64,000 nt of DNA from Bacteroidales bacterium (GCA_023133485.1 JAGLWK010000071.1:2181-66180), one strand, 5' to 3'. Positions 1-10,646 are shown, counted from the stretch's first letter. Notes: generated from the sequence alone by a model not told the origin. Numbers and translations: made by a program.

Positions 1-1321
1 AATCACTCTCAAAATTAGAAAATAAGTTTCCGAAAAGTATTTCGGGTAAATTATTTACAGGGAATTTATTAATTAAAAATATTGTTTCTTCATCAATTTT
101 GTAGTTATAAACCTGTTGTTTATTGTTTGTTTTAACAAGTTTTAGTAATCCCTTTTTTGCAAGGCTTTTACTTTTAGTATTTATTATGACATATGAATTT
201 TGTCCAAGTTCCTGATTAATATCATTTGTATAGACTAATGCGACTTCGTTTTCGAAAAATAAATTAAACCATTCTTGTATATCAATATTAAATTTTTGTT
301 TTATTTTTTGTTTTTCAGATTTATGGTATTTTAATTTATTCGATTTTTTAAGAAATTGATTATAATTTTCGCAATAAGCTAAATAATTATTTATTCCAAG
401 TGCAATAAAAGTAGATGTATTTAATGGTAATAATTTATAAAAATCAATTTTTTGTGGTTCTTGTTGAATAAATACATTCAAATAATCATGTTCATTAAAA
501 CTTGAAAAACCATTTAGTAAAACTGCATCTTTTTTTAAGTTTACATCTAGTTCCATCCAATCGGCAAAATTCGTATAAGAACTAATATAGTTTTTATAAT
601 TATCATTTAAAATGATAGAAATAAATTTCTGAAAACTTTTAAAATTTATATATATATTCCCAAATACATTTTTGCCGGCAGTTTTAGAAACATTAATGAA
701 ATTTTCTTTTAACATTAATGAGTTTTTTATATCTAATTGCCTGATTGCTTCCTCAATTAAAATTGAAGAATAAGCAGTAATAAAAACACCTTTTGAAAAA
801 GCATAGTAAAATTCAATTCTGTTTTTTCCTTTCTGTATCTCAGCTTTATAGATACTTACTTTATTGTATTGTCTTTTTGAAAGGTTTGCATTTTTAGGGA
901 TTAAGCCTGATATAAGTTTTTTGAATAAGGTTTCTTCATAAATATTTTTTAAACTTATTAAATATAAATATTCAATTTTTTGTTTGCCTAAAAGATGTCC
1001 TGAAATAATAACCTGTTTGTTTTTTAAAATATCATGTGCTTTTTCATTATTACTTATTATTGAATCGAAATAAGTCAGGTTGTTATCTATTTCAAATATT
1101 TTTGGTAAATGTTTAAGTTCGTTCCATATTTGATTGTTTTCATTAATTTCATCAAAAATATTTCTTAAATTATTAATTTCAATTATTATGGCTGAATTTA
1201 CAGGAACAGCATTTATTGCAGTTTGAACCGGAGTGTTTATTTTTTTAATAAAATAATAGCCATATACCAATGTTCCGAAAAAAGCTATAATTATTAGAAA
1301 TTTTATTGTTTTTTTTAACAT
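1..1321 (-). CDS. hypothetical N-terminally membrane-anchored protein (partial; 3' end lies beyond the window start)
   Basis: ATG at 1321-1319 gives MLKKTIKFLIIIAFFGTLVYGYYF..., a hydrophobic anchor. I checked this frame by hand over 1-300 and 1141-1321 and found no stop. It is absent from the ORF track, presumably because no stop lies in the window. Confidence 0.55.
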   Translation of the reverse strand, partial: MLKKTIKFLIIIAFFGTLVYGYYFIKKINTPVQTAINAVPVNSAIIIEINNLRNIFDEINENNQIWNELKHLPKIFEIDNNLTYFDSIISNNEKAHDILKNKQVIISGHLLGKQKIEYLYLISLKNIYEETLFKKLISGLIPKNANLSKRQYNKVSIYKAEIQKGKNRIEFYYAFSKGVFITAYSSILIEEAIRQLDIKNSLMLKENFINVSKTAGKNVFGNIYINFKSFQKFISIILNDNYKNYISSYTNFADWMELDVNLKKDAVLLNGFSSFNEHDYLNVFIQQEPQKIDFYKLLPLNTSTFIALGINNYLAYCENYNQFLKKSNKLKYHKSEKQKIKQKFNIDIQEWFNLFFENEVALVYTNDINQELGQNSYVIINTKSKSLAKKGLLKLVKTNNKQQVYNYKIDEETIFLINKFPVNNLPEILFGNLFSNFESD

Positions 1322-1347
1322 AATAAAATAGAGCTGTTATTAATTTA

Positions 1348-1634
1348 GTATCTGCAAGAAAACTAATTCCTTTATTGTTGTTCATCATTGCAAATACCTG
1401 CCTGTCCGACCAATGTTAATAAGTTAAGGTTTAAATATTTTAATAGATTACTCCCTTCGGTCATGAGAAAAGTTCCTGCTTTCGCAGGAATGACAGGCAG
1501 AAGTGCCTTTTTACAGCCCCTGTCATTCCGCACTCGATGCGGAATCTATTAACTTATTGACATTGTCCTGTCTGTTAGGTAGGCTTCGTTGTTCCTCCTC
1601 ACAATAACGATAAATATTGAGTTTTCGTGCAGAC
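1348..1634. repeat. about 287-bp imperfect palindromic (MITE/REP-like) intergenic element
   Basis: The ends are inverted: GTATCTGCAAGAAAACT (1348-1364) versus the revcomp of AGTTTTCGTGCAGAC (1620-1634). The sub-terminal arms also match (caatgttaataagttaa versus ttaacttattgacattg). The centre holds two inverted CTGTCATTCC-type hairpins (1472-1497 and 1519-1546). Confidence 0.5.
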
Positions 1635-1635
1635 A

Positions 1636-3708
1636 TTAATTAAGATGAATAATTTTTAATGTTTTTGATTTATTAGCAAAATTAATTTTAATAAAATAAA
1701 TACCTTCACTCATTGCAGGGAAAATATCTGAAATATTTAATTTGAAATTTCCTTTATTTTGAAATTTTTCAAATCTGCCGAGTCTGTTTCCAAGAATATT
1801 TGTAAGAATAATTTCAATATTTTCAGACTTTGATAAATTATAACTTATGTAGGCATCATTATTAAATGGATTTGGAAAAATTTTAATATTATATTCATTG
1901 CTAAAAACTTTATTTATTGAAGTAATAGTATCACCTATCAGTATTTCATCAATATATAAACAATTACCGCCATTACTTTTACATTCAAACTTCAACATTA
2001 TATGTGAAATATCGGGCAATGAACTTAAGCTAACAGTTTTTTCTTTCCATTCATCAGCATCAGGAATAAATTCACCCACTAAATAATCCCCATTGTTTGT
2101 AACTAATTGATAACCCATCATAATATCTTTGAGTTGCCATCTACTACCACAATCAATTGATGTATAGACTTTAAGAACGTCATTTGATGAACCATTTCTT
2201 CTTGCATAAGCAAGTTTATAAGTAAATTTTGTAGGTTTCTCAATTTCACTAACATTAATATTTGGTGAAATTAACGTACTAATATCACCATTACTATTAT
2301 AATAATTAACTACTCTTAGGGAATTATTACCATTACCTTCAAACAATTGCCATGTACGAGAACCATCACCATTAATTTCCCATCTTTTTTCTTCTTCATT
2401 AATAAAATCTGGGAAATCTGCATTCTCCATATTTTCGAAATATGGTGCAAGTTGTCCTAATATTGTATCTTTAACTGAAATAATATTGTTTTTTGTAATT
2501 TCATTATAGCCTGTACTTGTTGATGCCGTTAATGATACATTATAAACTCCGGGAACAATATAATTTATTACAGGATTTTGTTCGGTTGAAGTTTCAGGTT
2601 CACCTCCGGGAAATTGCCATAACCACTCATCAGGTTCAGCATTATAAGATAAATCAGTAAATTGTACAAAAAAACCTTCACATCCATAATTTTCATCACT
2701 AATAAAATCAACAATAGGAGAACAAATATCACTAATATAATCATCATGTGTTCCTGTTGCTATAAGGTTTTCTTGTTTCCAAAGATTATTACGTGAACTG
2801 ATTGTCGAATTTAAGGCAGCTCTCATTCTTTGTTTTTGCCCTTCGGTAAACATTCCTCCACACGAGCAATAATCCATAAAATTTTCAACATTATCCAAAG
2901 ACCCGCAGCTTTCTTGTGCTCTATTACATGAACCGACAACACACCCAATAGTAGTAGGAGTATCATCAACATAATCATCAATATAACAATTTGAAGCAAC
3001 TGCAGGTTCGTTTGTATTTCCCCACGGATGCATAAGATTCAAATAATGTCCTATTTCATGGCTAAGAGTATGTCCACTTCCTACATAATGATAAATACTA
3101 ACTACACCGTCTAAAGCCGGTGTAATGCCCGGATAATGCGACCATGCTGCAGCACCGAATCCAATAGAATTAACTACCCAAATATTCAGATACATTGAAG
3201 GGTTCCAGCCCGGCACGGCATATTTTACATTATTTGTTGCATTATAGGTTTCAAGTGAATGAACTCTGTTAATTCCTTCGGTACAATTTCCATCAGGGTC
3301 AATTTTTGCCAATCTGAATTCAACCTCAACATCGGCAATAATATCAACAAATTCATATACAATCCCGTTTACTTCTCTGTTTCTTTTTCTAAAATCGTCA
3401 TTAATTATTTCAATTGCATATTCAATTTTTTCTTTTGAAATATTTTCATCTCCATAATCATGAACTATGTGAAAAACAACAGGTATTATTAAAATTTCTT
3501 CTGTTTTTACCTTATTGTTTATATAATTTTCTGTAAATTTTTCAAGCTCAGTCCTTCTTTGCAAAATAGCAGGATCGTTTTTAATTGCTTCTTGATCCAT
3601 AAGAACAGTTGCACACCAGTTTTTATTTTGAGCATTGCCATAAACAACTAACACAAAGAAGATTAGTGTTAATAGAATTAATTTCACATAAATCTTTTTA
3701 TTACTCAT
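1636..3708 (-). CDS. secreted zinc metalloprotease (M43 pappalysin/cytophagalysin-like) with a PKD-like domain and a T9SS C-terminal sorting domain
   Basis: Signal peptide, the HEIGHYLNLMHPWG zinc motif (HExxHxxxxxH), a PKD-like stretch (FTDLSYN...YNVSLTAS), and a C-terminal segment of about 80 aa (KIFPNPFNNDAYISY...GIYFIKI) typical of T9SS CTDs. Confidence 0.8.
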   Translation of the reverse strand: MSNKKIYVKLILLTLIFFVLVVYGNAQNKNWCATVLMDQEAIKNDPAILQRRTELEKFTENYINNKVKTEEILIIPVVFHIVHDYGDENISKEKIEYAIEIINDDFRKRNREVNGIVYEFVDIIADVEVEFRLAKIDPDGNCTEGINRVHSLETYNATNNVKYAVPGWNPSMYLNIWVVNSIGFGAAAWSHYPGITPALDGVVSIYHYVGSGHTLSHEIGHYLNLMHPWGNTNEPAVASNCYIDDYVDDTPTTIGCVVGSCNRAQESCGSLDNVENFMDYCSCGGMFTEGQKQRMRAALNSTISSRNNLWKQENLIATGTHDDYISDICSPIVDFISDENYGCEGFFVQFTDLSYNAEPDEWLWQFPGGEPETSTEQNPVINYIVPGVYNVSLTASTSTGYNEITKNNIISVKDTILGQLAPYFENMENADFPDFINEEEKRWEINGDGSRTWQLFEGNGNNSLRVVNYYNSNGDISTLISPNINVSEIEKPTKFTYKLAYARRNGSSNDVLKVYTSIDCGSRWQLKDIMMGYQLVTNNGDYLVGEFIPDADEWKEKTVSLSSLPDISHIMLKFECKSNGGNCLYIDEILIGDTITSINKVFSNEYNIKIFPNPFNNDAYISYNLSKSENIEIILTNILGNRLGRFEKFQNKGNFKLNISDIFPAMSEGIYFIKINFANKSKTLKIIHLN

Positions 3709-5285
3709 TTTTTTATATTTTTATTTTGTGAAGGATAATTAATAGTATAATGCAAACCTATACTTTCTTTTCTTTTTTGAGCCATTTTAATAATTAAATA
3801 CCCGACATTAATAAGATTTCTTAGTTCGCATAATTTTCGTGATAATTTTGACTTTTTATATAATTCTTCGGTTTCTTTATATATTATTTCTAATCGTCTT
3901 AAAGCTCTTTTTAGTCTTATATCAGACCTGACAATACCAACATAATTACTCATAATTTGTTGCATCTCTTTATAATTTTGAGTAATTAGTACCATTTCTT
4001 CAGGATAAGTAGTTCCTGTAATATCCCAGTCGGGAATTCCTTTTTTGAATTCAATATTTTTCACTTTATTTTTAGCATGTTTAACTGCACTATCAGCAAA
4101 AACAACTGCTTCAAGCAATGAATTAGATGCTAACCTGTTTGCTCCGTGCATTCCGGTTGATGCAACCTCACCAATTGCATATAAATTTTTTATACTGCTA
4201 AGTCCATTTTCATTAACTTTTATACCTCCACACTGATAATGTGCAGCAGGTATAACAGGTATCATATTTTTTGTAATATCAATTCCAATTTCTTTACATT
4301 TTGAATAAATATTCGGGAAATGGCATTTCAATTGTTCGTTATTCAAATGAGTACAATCTAAAAAAACATGCTCATCGCCTCTTATTTTCATCTCATTATC
4401 TATTGCTCTGGCAACAATATCACGAGATGCTAAAGATTTTCTGTTATCATATTTTTGCATAAACTCCTTACCGTCTAAAGTTCTTAAAACAGCACCAAAC
4501 CCGCGTACTGCTTCTGAAATTAAAAAAGAAGGTTTTTCACCCGGATTATACAATGACGTTGGATGAAACTGTATAAATTCCATATTTTCAATTTCCCCTT
4601 TTGCCCTGTAAATCATTGCAACGCCATCACCTGTAGCTATATTCGGGTTAGTAGTGGTTTGGTATAAATTCCCCGTTCCTCCTGTTGCCAATACAGTTAT
4701 TTTTGCAAGAATTGTTTCGGTTTGATTATTTGATAAATTTAGTACGTAAACTCCATGACATTCTATATTTTTTAAAGTTCTTTTTACAATATTACCCAAA
4801 TGATGACGTGTAATAATATCAACAGCAAAATGATTTTCAAAAACATCAATGTTCTTATGTTTTCTTATATTTTTTACTAATACTTGTTGAATTCCCAAAC
4901 CGGTATTATCTTTATGATGTAAAATCCTATATTCTGAATGCCCTCCTTCTTTTGCTAAATCATAATAGTCTTCAGCAGTTTTATCAAATTCTATTCCCCA
5001 TTGTATTAGGTCTTCAATTTGTTTTGGGGCATTTTCAACAACAAATTTGACAATTTTTTTATTACATAAATTATCACCTGCTTTTAAAGTATCTTCAATA
5101 TGCTTTTCAAAGCTGTCTGGTTCGTAAGTAACTGCTGCAATTCCACCCTGTGCATACCTTGTATTTGTTTCTTCCACATCAGATTTGCAAATTATACATA
5201 CCTTACCATAATCTGCAACTTTTAATGCAAAACTTAAGCCAGCAATGCCTGAGCCTATAACTAAAAAATCATATTTTTTTTGCAC
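3705..5285 (-). CDS. nadB: L-aspartate oxidase
   Basis: 526 aa. Has the FAD fold DFLVIGSGIAGLS plus RYAQGGIAA, HYQCGGI and GANRLASNSLLE motifs of the aspartate oxidase/succinate dehydrogenase flavoprotein family. The size fits NadB. Confidence 0.85.
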   Translation of the reverse strand: MQKKYDFLVIGSGIAGLSFALKVADYGKVCIICKSDVEETNTRYAQGGIAAVTYEPDSFEKHIEDTLKAGDNLCNKKIVKFVVENAPKQIEDLIQWGIEFDKTAEDYYDLAKEGGHSEYRILHHKDNTGLGIQQVLVKNIRKHKNIDVFENHFAVDIITRHHLGNIVKRTLKNIECHGVYVLNLSNNQTETILAKITVLATGGTGNLYQTTTNPNIATGDGVAMIYRAKGEIENMEFIQFHPTSLYNPGEKPSFLISEAVRGFGAVLRTLDGKEFMQKYDNRKSLASRDIVARAIDNEMKIRGDEHVFLDCTHLNNEQLKCHFPNIYSKCKEIGIDITKNMIPVIPAAHYQCGGIKVNENGLSSIKNLYAIGEVASTGMHGANRLASNSLLEAVVFADSAVKHAKNKVKNIEFKKGIPDWDITGTTYPEEMVLITQNYKEMQQIMSNYVGIVRSDIRLKRALRRLEIIYKETEELYKKSKLSRKLCELRNLINVGYLIIKMAQKRKESIGLHYTINYPSQNKNIKK

Positions 5286-5466
5286 TTTTACAGGATTTAA
5301 TTTTAAAAAATTTAATAAAATCTCGTAATATCAATTTTTGAAAAACCCAAAATTAATTATTTCCTTTTTAATATGCTATTTTATATATGTTTTAAATTTA
5401 GTTATGAAAACCAAAGATTTTAATTTATTTTTGCCGCAATCTAAAATATTCTAAAATATAATTTAC

Positions 5467-7017
5467 ATGATAAAAGAAGACATTTTTAAAAAGTTAATTG
5501 CCCACTCGAAAGAATATGGTTATATTTTTCAATCAAGTGAAATCTATGACGGATTAGGTGCTGTATATGACTATGGACAGTATGGTGTTGAATTAAAAAA
5601 CAACATAAAAGAATACTGGTGGAATTCAATGGTGCGATTAAATGAAAATATTGTTGGCATTGATTCGGCAATATTTATGCACCCTACAATCTGGAAAGCA
5701 TCGGGACACACAGATGCTTTTAACGACCCATTAATAGATAATAAAGATTCAAAAAAAAGATATAAAGCAGATGTTTTAATTGAAGAATTAATTGAAAAAT
5801 TAGAATCTAAAATTAAAAAAGAAGTAAATAAAGCCGCAAAACGTTTTGGTGATAAGTTTAATGAAAAAAAATTTAAAGAAACCAATCCAAGGGTTTTAGT
5901 TAATCTTGATAAAATAAATTCTATAAAAAAAAGATTTGTTACAGCATTAGAAAATAATGACCTAAAAGAAATAAAACAAATAATTCTTGATTATGAAATA
6001 GTTTGCCCTGTTTCGGGTTCAAAAAACTGGACTGATGTAAAACAATTTAATTTAATGTTTGAAACCAAACTTGGGTCAGTAAGTGAGGATGCAAATACAA
6101 TATATCTGCGACCTGAAACTGCACAGGGAATATTCGTAAACTATTTGAATGTACAAAAATCGGGAAGGATGAAATTACCTTTTGGAATTGCCCAAATAGG
6201 AAAAGCATTCAGGAATGAAATTGTTGCACGCCAATTTATTTTTCGTATGAGAGAGTTTGAACAAATGGAAATGCAGTTTTTTGTTCGCCCGGGAGAAGAA
6301 TTGAAATGGTTTGAATACTGGAAAGAAAAAAGAATAAATTGGTATTATGCATTAGGATTTGACAAAAATAAATATCGCTTTCATGAACATGATAAGCTTG
6401 CTCATTATGCTAATGCCGCTGTTGATATTGAATTTGAATTTCCAATAGGGTTTAAAGAAGTAGAAGGTATCCATTCAAGAACTGATTTTGATTTATTTCA
6501 ACACCAGAAATTTTCGGGTAAAAAAATGCAATATTTCGACAATGATTTGAATAAAAGCTATATTCCTTATGTTATAGAAACATCAATTGGTTTAGATAGA
6601 ATGTTTTTATTAATTCTTTCAAACGCTTATACTGAAGAAAAAATTACAAAAGAAAACGGGGAACAAGATGAACGTGTTGTTTTAAAAATCCCACCGGCTA
6701 TTGCTCCTGTAAAATTAGCTGTTCTGCCATTAGTAAGAAAAGATGGCTTGCCGGATATTGCCAGAAAAATAATGAACAATTTAAAATTCGATTTTAATTG
6801 TCAGTACGATGAAAAAGATTCGATAGGCAGAAGATACAGACGACAGGATGCAATAGGCACTCCGTTTTGTATTACAATTGACCATACTACTTTAAATGAC
6901 AATACCGTTACTATAAGATACAGAGATAGTATGGAACAAGAAAGAGTATCAATAGAAACCATTTCAAAAATAATTGGCAAGAAAATTGATATGAAAGAAC
7001 TATATAATAATATTTAA
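5467..7017 (+). CDS. glyQS: glycine--tRNA ligase (homodimeric type)
   Basis: 516 aa. The N-terminus YGYIFQSSEIYDGLGAVYDYGQYGVELKNNI and the class II motifs (FRNE, GIGLDR-like SIGLDRM) are characteristic. Confidence 0.9.
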   Translation: MIKEDIFKKLIAHSKEYGYIFQSSEIYDGLGAVYDYGQYGVELKNNIKEYWWNSMVRLNENIVGIDSAIFMHPTIWKASGHTDAFNDPLIDNKDSKKRYKADVLIEELIEKLESKIKKEVNKAAKRFGDKFNEKKFKETNPRVLVNLDKINSIKKRFVTALENNDLKEIKQIILDYEIVCPVSGSKNWTDVKQFNLMFETKLGSVSEDANTIYLRPETAQGIFVNYLNVQKSGRMKLPFGIAQIGKAFRNEIVARQFIFRMREFEQMEMQFFVRPGEELKWFEYWKEKRINWYYALGFDKNKYRFHEHDKLAHYANAAVDIEFEFPIGFKEVEGIHSRTDFDLFQHQKFSGKKMQYFDNDLNKSYIPYVIETSIGLDRMFLLILSNAYTEEKITKENGEQDERVVLKIPPAIAPVKLAVLPLVRKDGLPDIARKIMNNLKFDFNCQYDEKDSIGRRYRRQDAIGTPFCITIDHTTLNDNTVTIRYRDSMEQERVSIETISKIIGKKIDMKELYNNI

Positions 7018-7199
7018 CATTAAATTATTATCTGTTGTGATTTTGAAAAATCAAGATTTTATTTTTTTTGGGAATAATACATTTTTAAAGTATAAATTAT
7101 TGATTTCTAATATCTTGAATAACAATTGATTGTTATTTGTATATATATTTTTTTTTTATATTTTTACACATAATTATATTTTACAAAAATTTACATACA

Positions 7200-7841
7200 A
7201 TGAAAAAAACCGTAATCCTTTTAATAATTATTTTATTTGTGTATTATGCAAATTCACAAACAGTTACAATTGCAGGATACAGGTTTACAAAAAGCATTAA
7301 AGGACCCAAACATAAAAGAAGTAAGGTTTTAGAACTTATGCAGGGTAATAATGGCAATTATATGGTGGCAAGTTACGCAGGACCCAAATCTTTAATAACA
7401 GTAATCGTTTATAATTTATACACATGGGAAAAAGTTGGGGAATATGTGTTTAAAGGAAGGGCTGAATTATATAACAGTTATTTTGATGATATGGGAGATT
7501 ATTTTTATGTAAATAATGACATCTTTAAAAATCAATACAAAAAAATTAATATTAAAACACATAAGGTTGAAAATGTTGATTGCTCGGAAACACCCAAGGG
7601 TTGTAATAAAATTGAACCTGAAATTTACAAAACAGAATTTTATACAGTTGGCGAAAATTATTACATAAAAAGAGTTGATGACCGAAAAAACTATATTAAA
7701 ATATATAAAAAGAAAGGTTTATTTATAGAAAGTTTTGATGATGAAGAATTTGACTATGATTATGATGACAATGTAAATGATTCAATATCAACACCCGGAA
7801 TTAATACCGACACAATTATAGAACAACCTAACAATAACTAA
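7200..7841 (+). CDS. hypothetical secreted protein
   Basis: An ATG at 7200 gives the signal peptide MKKTVILLIIILFVYYANSQ. The track start at 7137 is a TTG extension. I recognised no family. Confidence 0.5.
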   Translation: MKKTVILLIIILFVYYANSQTVTIAGYRFTKSIKGPKHKRSKVLELMQGNNGNYMVASYAGPKSLITVIVYNLYTWEKVGEYVFKGRAELYNSYFDDMGDYFYVNNDIFKNQYKKINIKTHKVENVDCSETPKGCNKIEPEIYKTEFYTVGENYYIKRVDDRKNYIKIYKKKGLFIESFDDEEFDYDYDDNVNDSISTPGINTDTIIEQPNNN

Positions 7842-8008
7842 CTTTAAATTTTACAAATTTGTTTGCTGATTTGCTATAACAAAATAATTTTACTGTTTTG
7901 TTTTGGCAAAAAAATATTATTATAAAGAAATTTTTAACAAATTTTATATTATTCATCTGAAAAAAATATTAATTTTGCTACTATAATCAAAATATATTAT
8001 AAATATTT

Positions 8009-8458
8009 ATGTCAAAATTTTTATTAAATATTTTTATCATTATAATAATTACTTTTTCTCATTCATTTTCTCAAGGCACTACCGACTTAGTTAATATTTG
8101 CAAATCAGAAAATGGAAATGCTAAATATTTAAAACATTTTAAAGTTCGTTTCGAAAAATCAAAAAACCCTAAAAAAGCACCGTCAGCTGATTATACTATA
8201 CTTCTCAACAAAGGAAATCATTACAGGTTCAATGTTCATAACGATTCAACCAAAACAGGGAAAGCAATTCTTACACTTTATGATGATTATAATGTTTTTG
8301 GAAGCAATTTTGTCGAGAGTACAGGAAAAGAATATAAATACTTTGATTTTTATTGTAAAAGAACAAATCCATACTATATATCAATAAAATTCAAAGATGG
8401 TGAGGAAGGAGCTGCTGTTGGAATGCTCTCTTTTGTAAAAAGATTCAATCCCAATTAG
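8009..8458 (+). CDS. hypothetical small secreted protein
   Basis: Has a signal peptide ending in SFSQ. At 149 aa it has the same size and a similar motif order to the ORF at 15670-16113. Confidence 0.5.
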   Translation: MSKFLLNIFIIIIITFSHSFSQGTTDLVNICKSENGNAKYLKHFKVRFEKSKNPKKAPSADYTILLNKGNHYRFNVHNDSTKTGKAILTLYDDYNVFGSNFVESTGKEYKYFDFYCKRTNPYYISIKFKDGEEGAAVGMLSFVKRFNPN

Positions 8459-8659
8459 CTATAAAATTTATACAAAAAATAAAAATTATAAGTTTTTCAT
8501 ATATTTTTTTCTGTTTCATTGGACTAATGATTCTCACAGGGCTTAGAAAAGCTGAACTTACCATAAAAATAATTATTATGTTTATTGATATAAATTATGC
8601 TAAATAATTTTTATTAACGTTTCATAAAAATCAATTTATATTTTATTCGTGAATATTTG

Positions 8660-8667
8660 TATATTTG
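8660..8667 (+). promoter_or_regulatory. candidate Bacteroidota -7 box (TATATTTG) for ftsX
   Basis: Exact match to TAnnTTTG, 21 nt upstream of the ATG at 8689. It lies inside the TTG-extended ORF of the track, which argues for the shorter start. Confidence 0.35.
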
Positions 8668-8688
8668 CCCGTTCAAAAATTAACTTTA

Positions 8689-9567
8689 ATGAAAAAGAAA
8701 GAGCAAAAAGTAACTAAATATCAACTTAAAAGTTCGTATTTTATTACTACAGTAAGCATATCGCTTGTTCTTTTTCTTTTAGGTTTAATGGGGTTTTTCA
8801 TTCTTAATGCAAAAAATCTTTCAAATCACGTAAAGGAAAATATTGGATTTTCGATAATATTACATGATAACATTAAAGAAGTAGATATGATAAGGTTGCA
8901 AAAAGAATTAGATGCAACTAATTATGTTAAATCTACTGAATATATTACTAAAGAAAAAGCAGCACGATTATTAATACATGAGCTTGGCGAAGATTTTATT
9001 GATTTTCTTGGGTATAATCCGTTATTAGCATCAATTGAAGTAAAATTATATGCTGATTTTGCAAATCTTGAAAGTATTTCAATAATAGAAAATGACTTAA
9101 AAAAGTACCCTCAAATTAAAGAGGTTTTTTATCAAAAATCTTTAGTTAACCTTATAAACGAAAATGTTAAAAAAATAAGTTTTGTGCTTTTATTATTCAG
9201 CGGTTTGATGTTTATTATTTCCATTGCATTAATAAATAATACTATACGTTTGTCCGTTTATTCAAAACGATTTATAATTAATACAATGAAGCTTGTTGGT
9301 GCTACACGTAAATTTATAAGAACACCATTTATTTTAAAAAGCATATTATATGGAGCTTATGGGGCAATAATTGCCTTGACATTATTGGCTGTTGTAATTT
9401 ATTTAGCACAAAAAGAATTTCAAGAATTAGCAATTTTAATTAATGTTGAAATGTATGTAATATTATTTGTTTCAGTATTTTTATCCGGAATTTTTATTGC
9501 ATTAATTTCAACTTATTTTGCTGTAAATAAATATTTACGAATAAAAACAGATACTTTATATTTTTAA
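8689..9567 (+). CDS. ftsX: cell division permease-like protein FtsX
   Basis: Topology is one N-terminal TM, a periplasmic loop, then three C-terminal TMs. Carries the conserved MKLVGAT motif. Lies in the ftsX-DUF3098-uppP gene order. Confidence 0.8.
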   Translation: MKKKEQKVTKYQLKSSYFITTVSISLVLFLLGLMGFFILNAKNLSNHVKENIGFSIILHDNIKEVDMIRLQKELDATNYVKSTEYITKEKAARLLIHELGEDFIDFLGYNPLLASIEVKLYADFANLESISIIENDLKKYPQIKEVFYQKSLVNLINENVKKISFVLLLFSGLMFIISIALINNTIRLSVYSKRFIINTMKLVGATRKFIRTPFILKSILYGAYGAIIALTLLAVVIYLAQKEFQELAILINVEMYVILFVSVFLSGIFIALISTYFAVNKYLRIKTDTLYF

Positions 9568-9581
9568 TAATAATTTTTACT

Positions 9582-9830
9582 ATGAAAATGAAAGAAAAGG
9601 AATCCACAAAAACAGGGTTTGCACTTGGTAAAGAAAATTACATTTTATTACTAATCGGTTTTGTTATTATCATTATAGGTTTTTTCCTTATGGCGGGGGG
9701 AGCGTCTGATGACCCTACGGTTTTTAGTACTGATATATTCAGTACAAGAAGAATCACTATTGCTCCTTTAGTTGTTTTGTTTGGGTTTGCTTTTGAGATT
9801 TATGCAATAATGAAAAAACCAAAAGAATAA
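9582..9830 (+). CDS. DUF3098-like small two-TM membrane protein
   Basis: 82 aa with two TM helices, in the position between ftsX and uppP that is typical of Bacteroidota. Confidence 0.6.
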   Translation: MKMKEKESTKTGFALGKENYILLLIGFVIIIIGFFLMAGGASDDPTVFSTDIFSTRRITIAPLVVLFGFAFEIYAIMKKPKE

Positions 9831-9860
9831 TAATATTAAATCGGTATTTAGGTAATATTA

Positions 9861-10646
9861 ATGGATTGGTTAGAAGCTTTAATTTTAGGAATATTACAAG
9901 GATTAACTGAGTTTTTACCTGTAAGTAGTAGTGGTCATTTGGAGTTAGGAAAAAACCTGCTTGGTATCAATGCAAAAGATAGTCTTTACTTTACTATTGT
10001 TGTTCATGGTGCAACAGTATTAAGTACAATTATAGTTTTTTGGAAAGATATCAGTAAATTAATCAAAGGATTATTAAAATTAGAATGGAATGAAGAAACA
10101 AAGTATATTTTTAAAATATTAGTTTCTATGATTCCTGTCGGTTTCGTCGGAGTTTTTTTTAAAGATGAAATAAAAAATATATTTAGCCATGGAAATATCA
10201 TTTTTGTGGGAGCAATGTTGCTAATTACTGCTTTATTGCTTGCAATTACGTATTTTGCAAAAACAAAAACAAAAAAAACAACTTTTGCTGATGCTTTTAT
10301 TATAGGTATTGCACAAGCAATTGCTGTTTTACCGGGAATTTCAAGATCAGGCTCAACAATTGCTACAGGACTTTTATTAGGAAACAAGAAAGAAGAAGTT
10401 GCGAAATTTTCTTTTCTAATGGTTCTAATTCCAATTCTTGGTGAAAATTTTTTAGATCTATTCACAGGAGAGTTTACGACTAATTCCGATATTGGAATTA
10501 CACCTCTGATTATTGGTTTTTTAGCAGCATTTATTTCAGGATTATTCGCATGTAAATGGATGATTAATATTGTAAAAAAAGGGAAATTAATATATTTCGC
10601 AATTTATTGTTTTATAATTGGTATTACTGCAATTATACTATCCTAA
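9861..10646 (+). CDS. uppP: undecaprenyl-diphosphate phosphatase
   Basis: Has the [14 protein letters not shown] and [10 protein letters not shown] motifs in a polytopic protein of 261 aa. Confidence 0.9.
   Translation: MDWLEALILGILQGLTEFLPVSSSGHLELGKNLLGINAKDSLYFTIVVHGATVLSTIIVFWKDISKLIKGLLKLEWNEETKYIFKILVSMIPVGFVGVFFKDEIKNIFSHGNIIFVGAMLLITALLLAITYFAKTKTKKTTFADAFIIGIAQAIAVLPGISRSGSTIATGLLLGNKKEEVAKFSFLMVLIPILGENFLDLFTGEFTTNSDIGITPLIIGFLAAFISGLFACKWMINIVKKGKLIYFAIYCFIIGITAIILS

Noticed and set aside
1898-2086. Antisense or embedded short ORFs from the track. Examples are 1898-2086, 4045-4236, 5486-5885, 10004-10465, 11047-11253, 11947-12234, 17640-17876, 24532-27306 (several), 41523-41735, 42082-42306, 43233-43517, 53369-53659, 55725-56051 and 60019-60219.
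   Set aside because: Each lies wholly inside, and usually opposite, a long ORF with clear family motifs. They have low-complexity AT-codon compositions and no recognisable domains. They are expected by chance in AT-rich DNA.
7137-7199. N-terminal extensions from TTG starts in the ORF track (7137, 8665, 10607, 20688, 30687).
   Set aside because: Downstream ATGs give canonical N-termini, either signal peptides or conserved family starts. In two cases the extension overlaps the previous gene or a TAnnTTTG promoter box.
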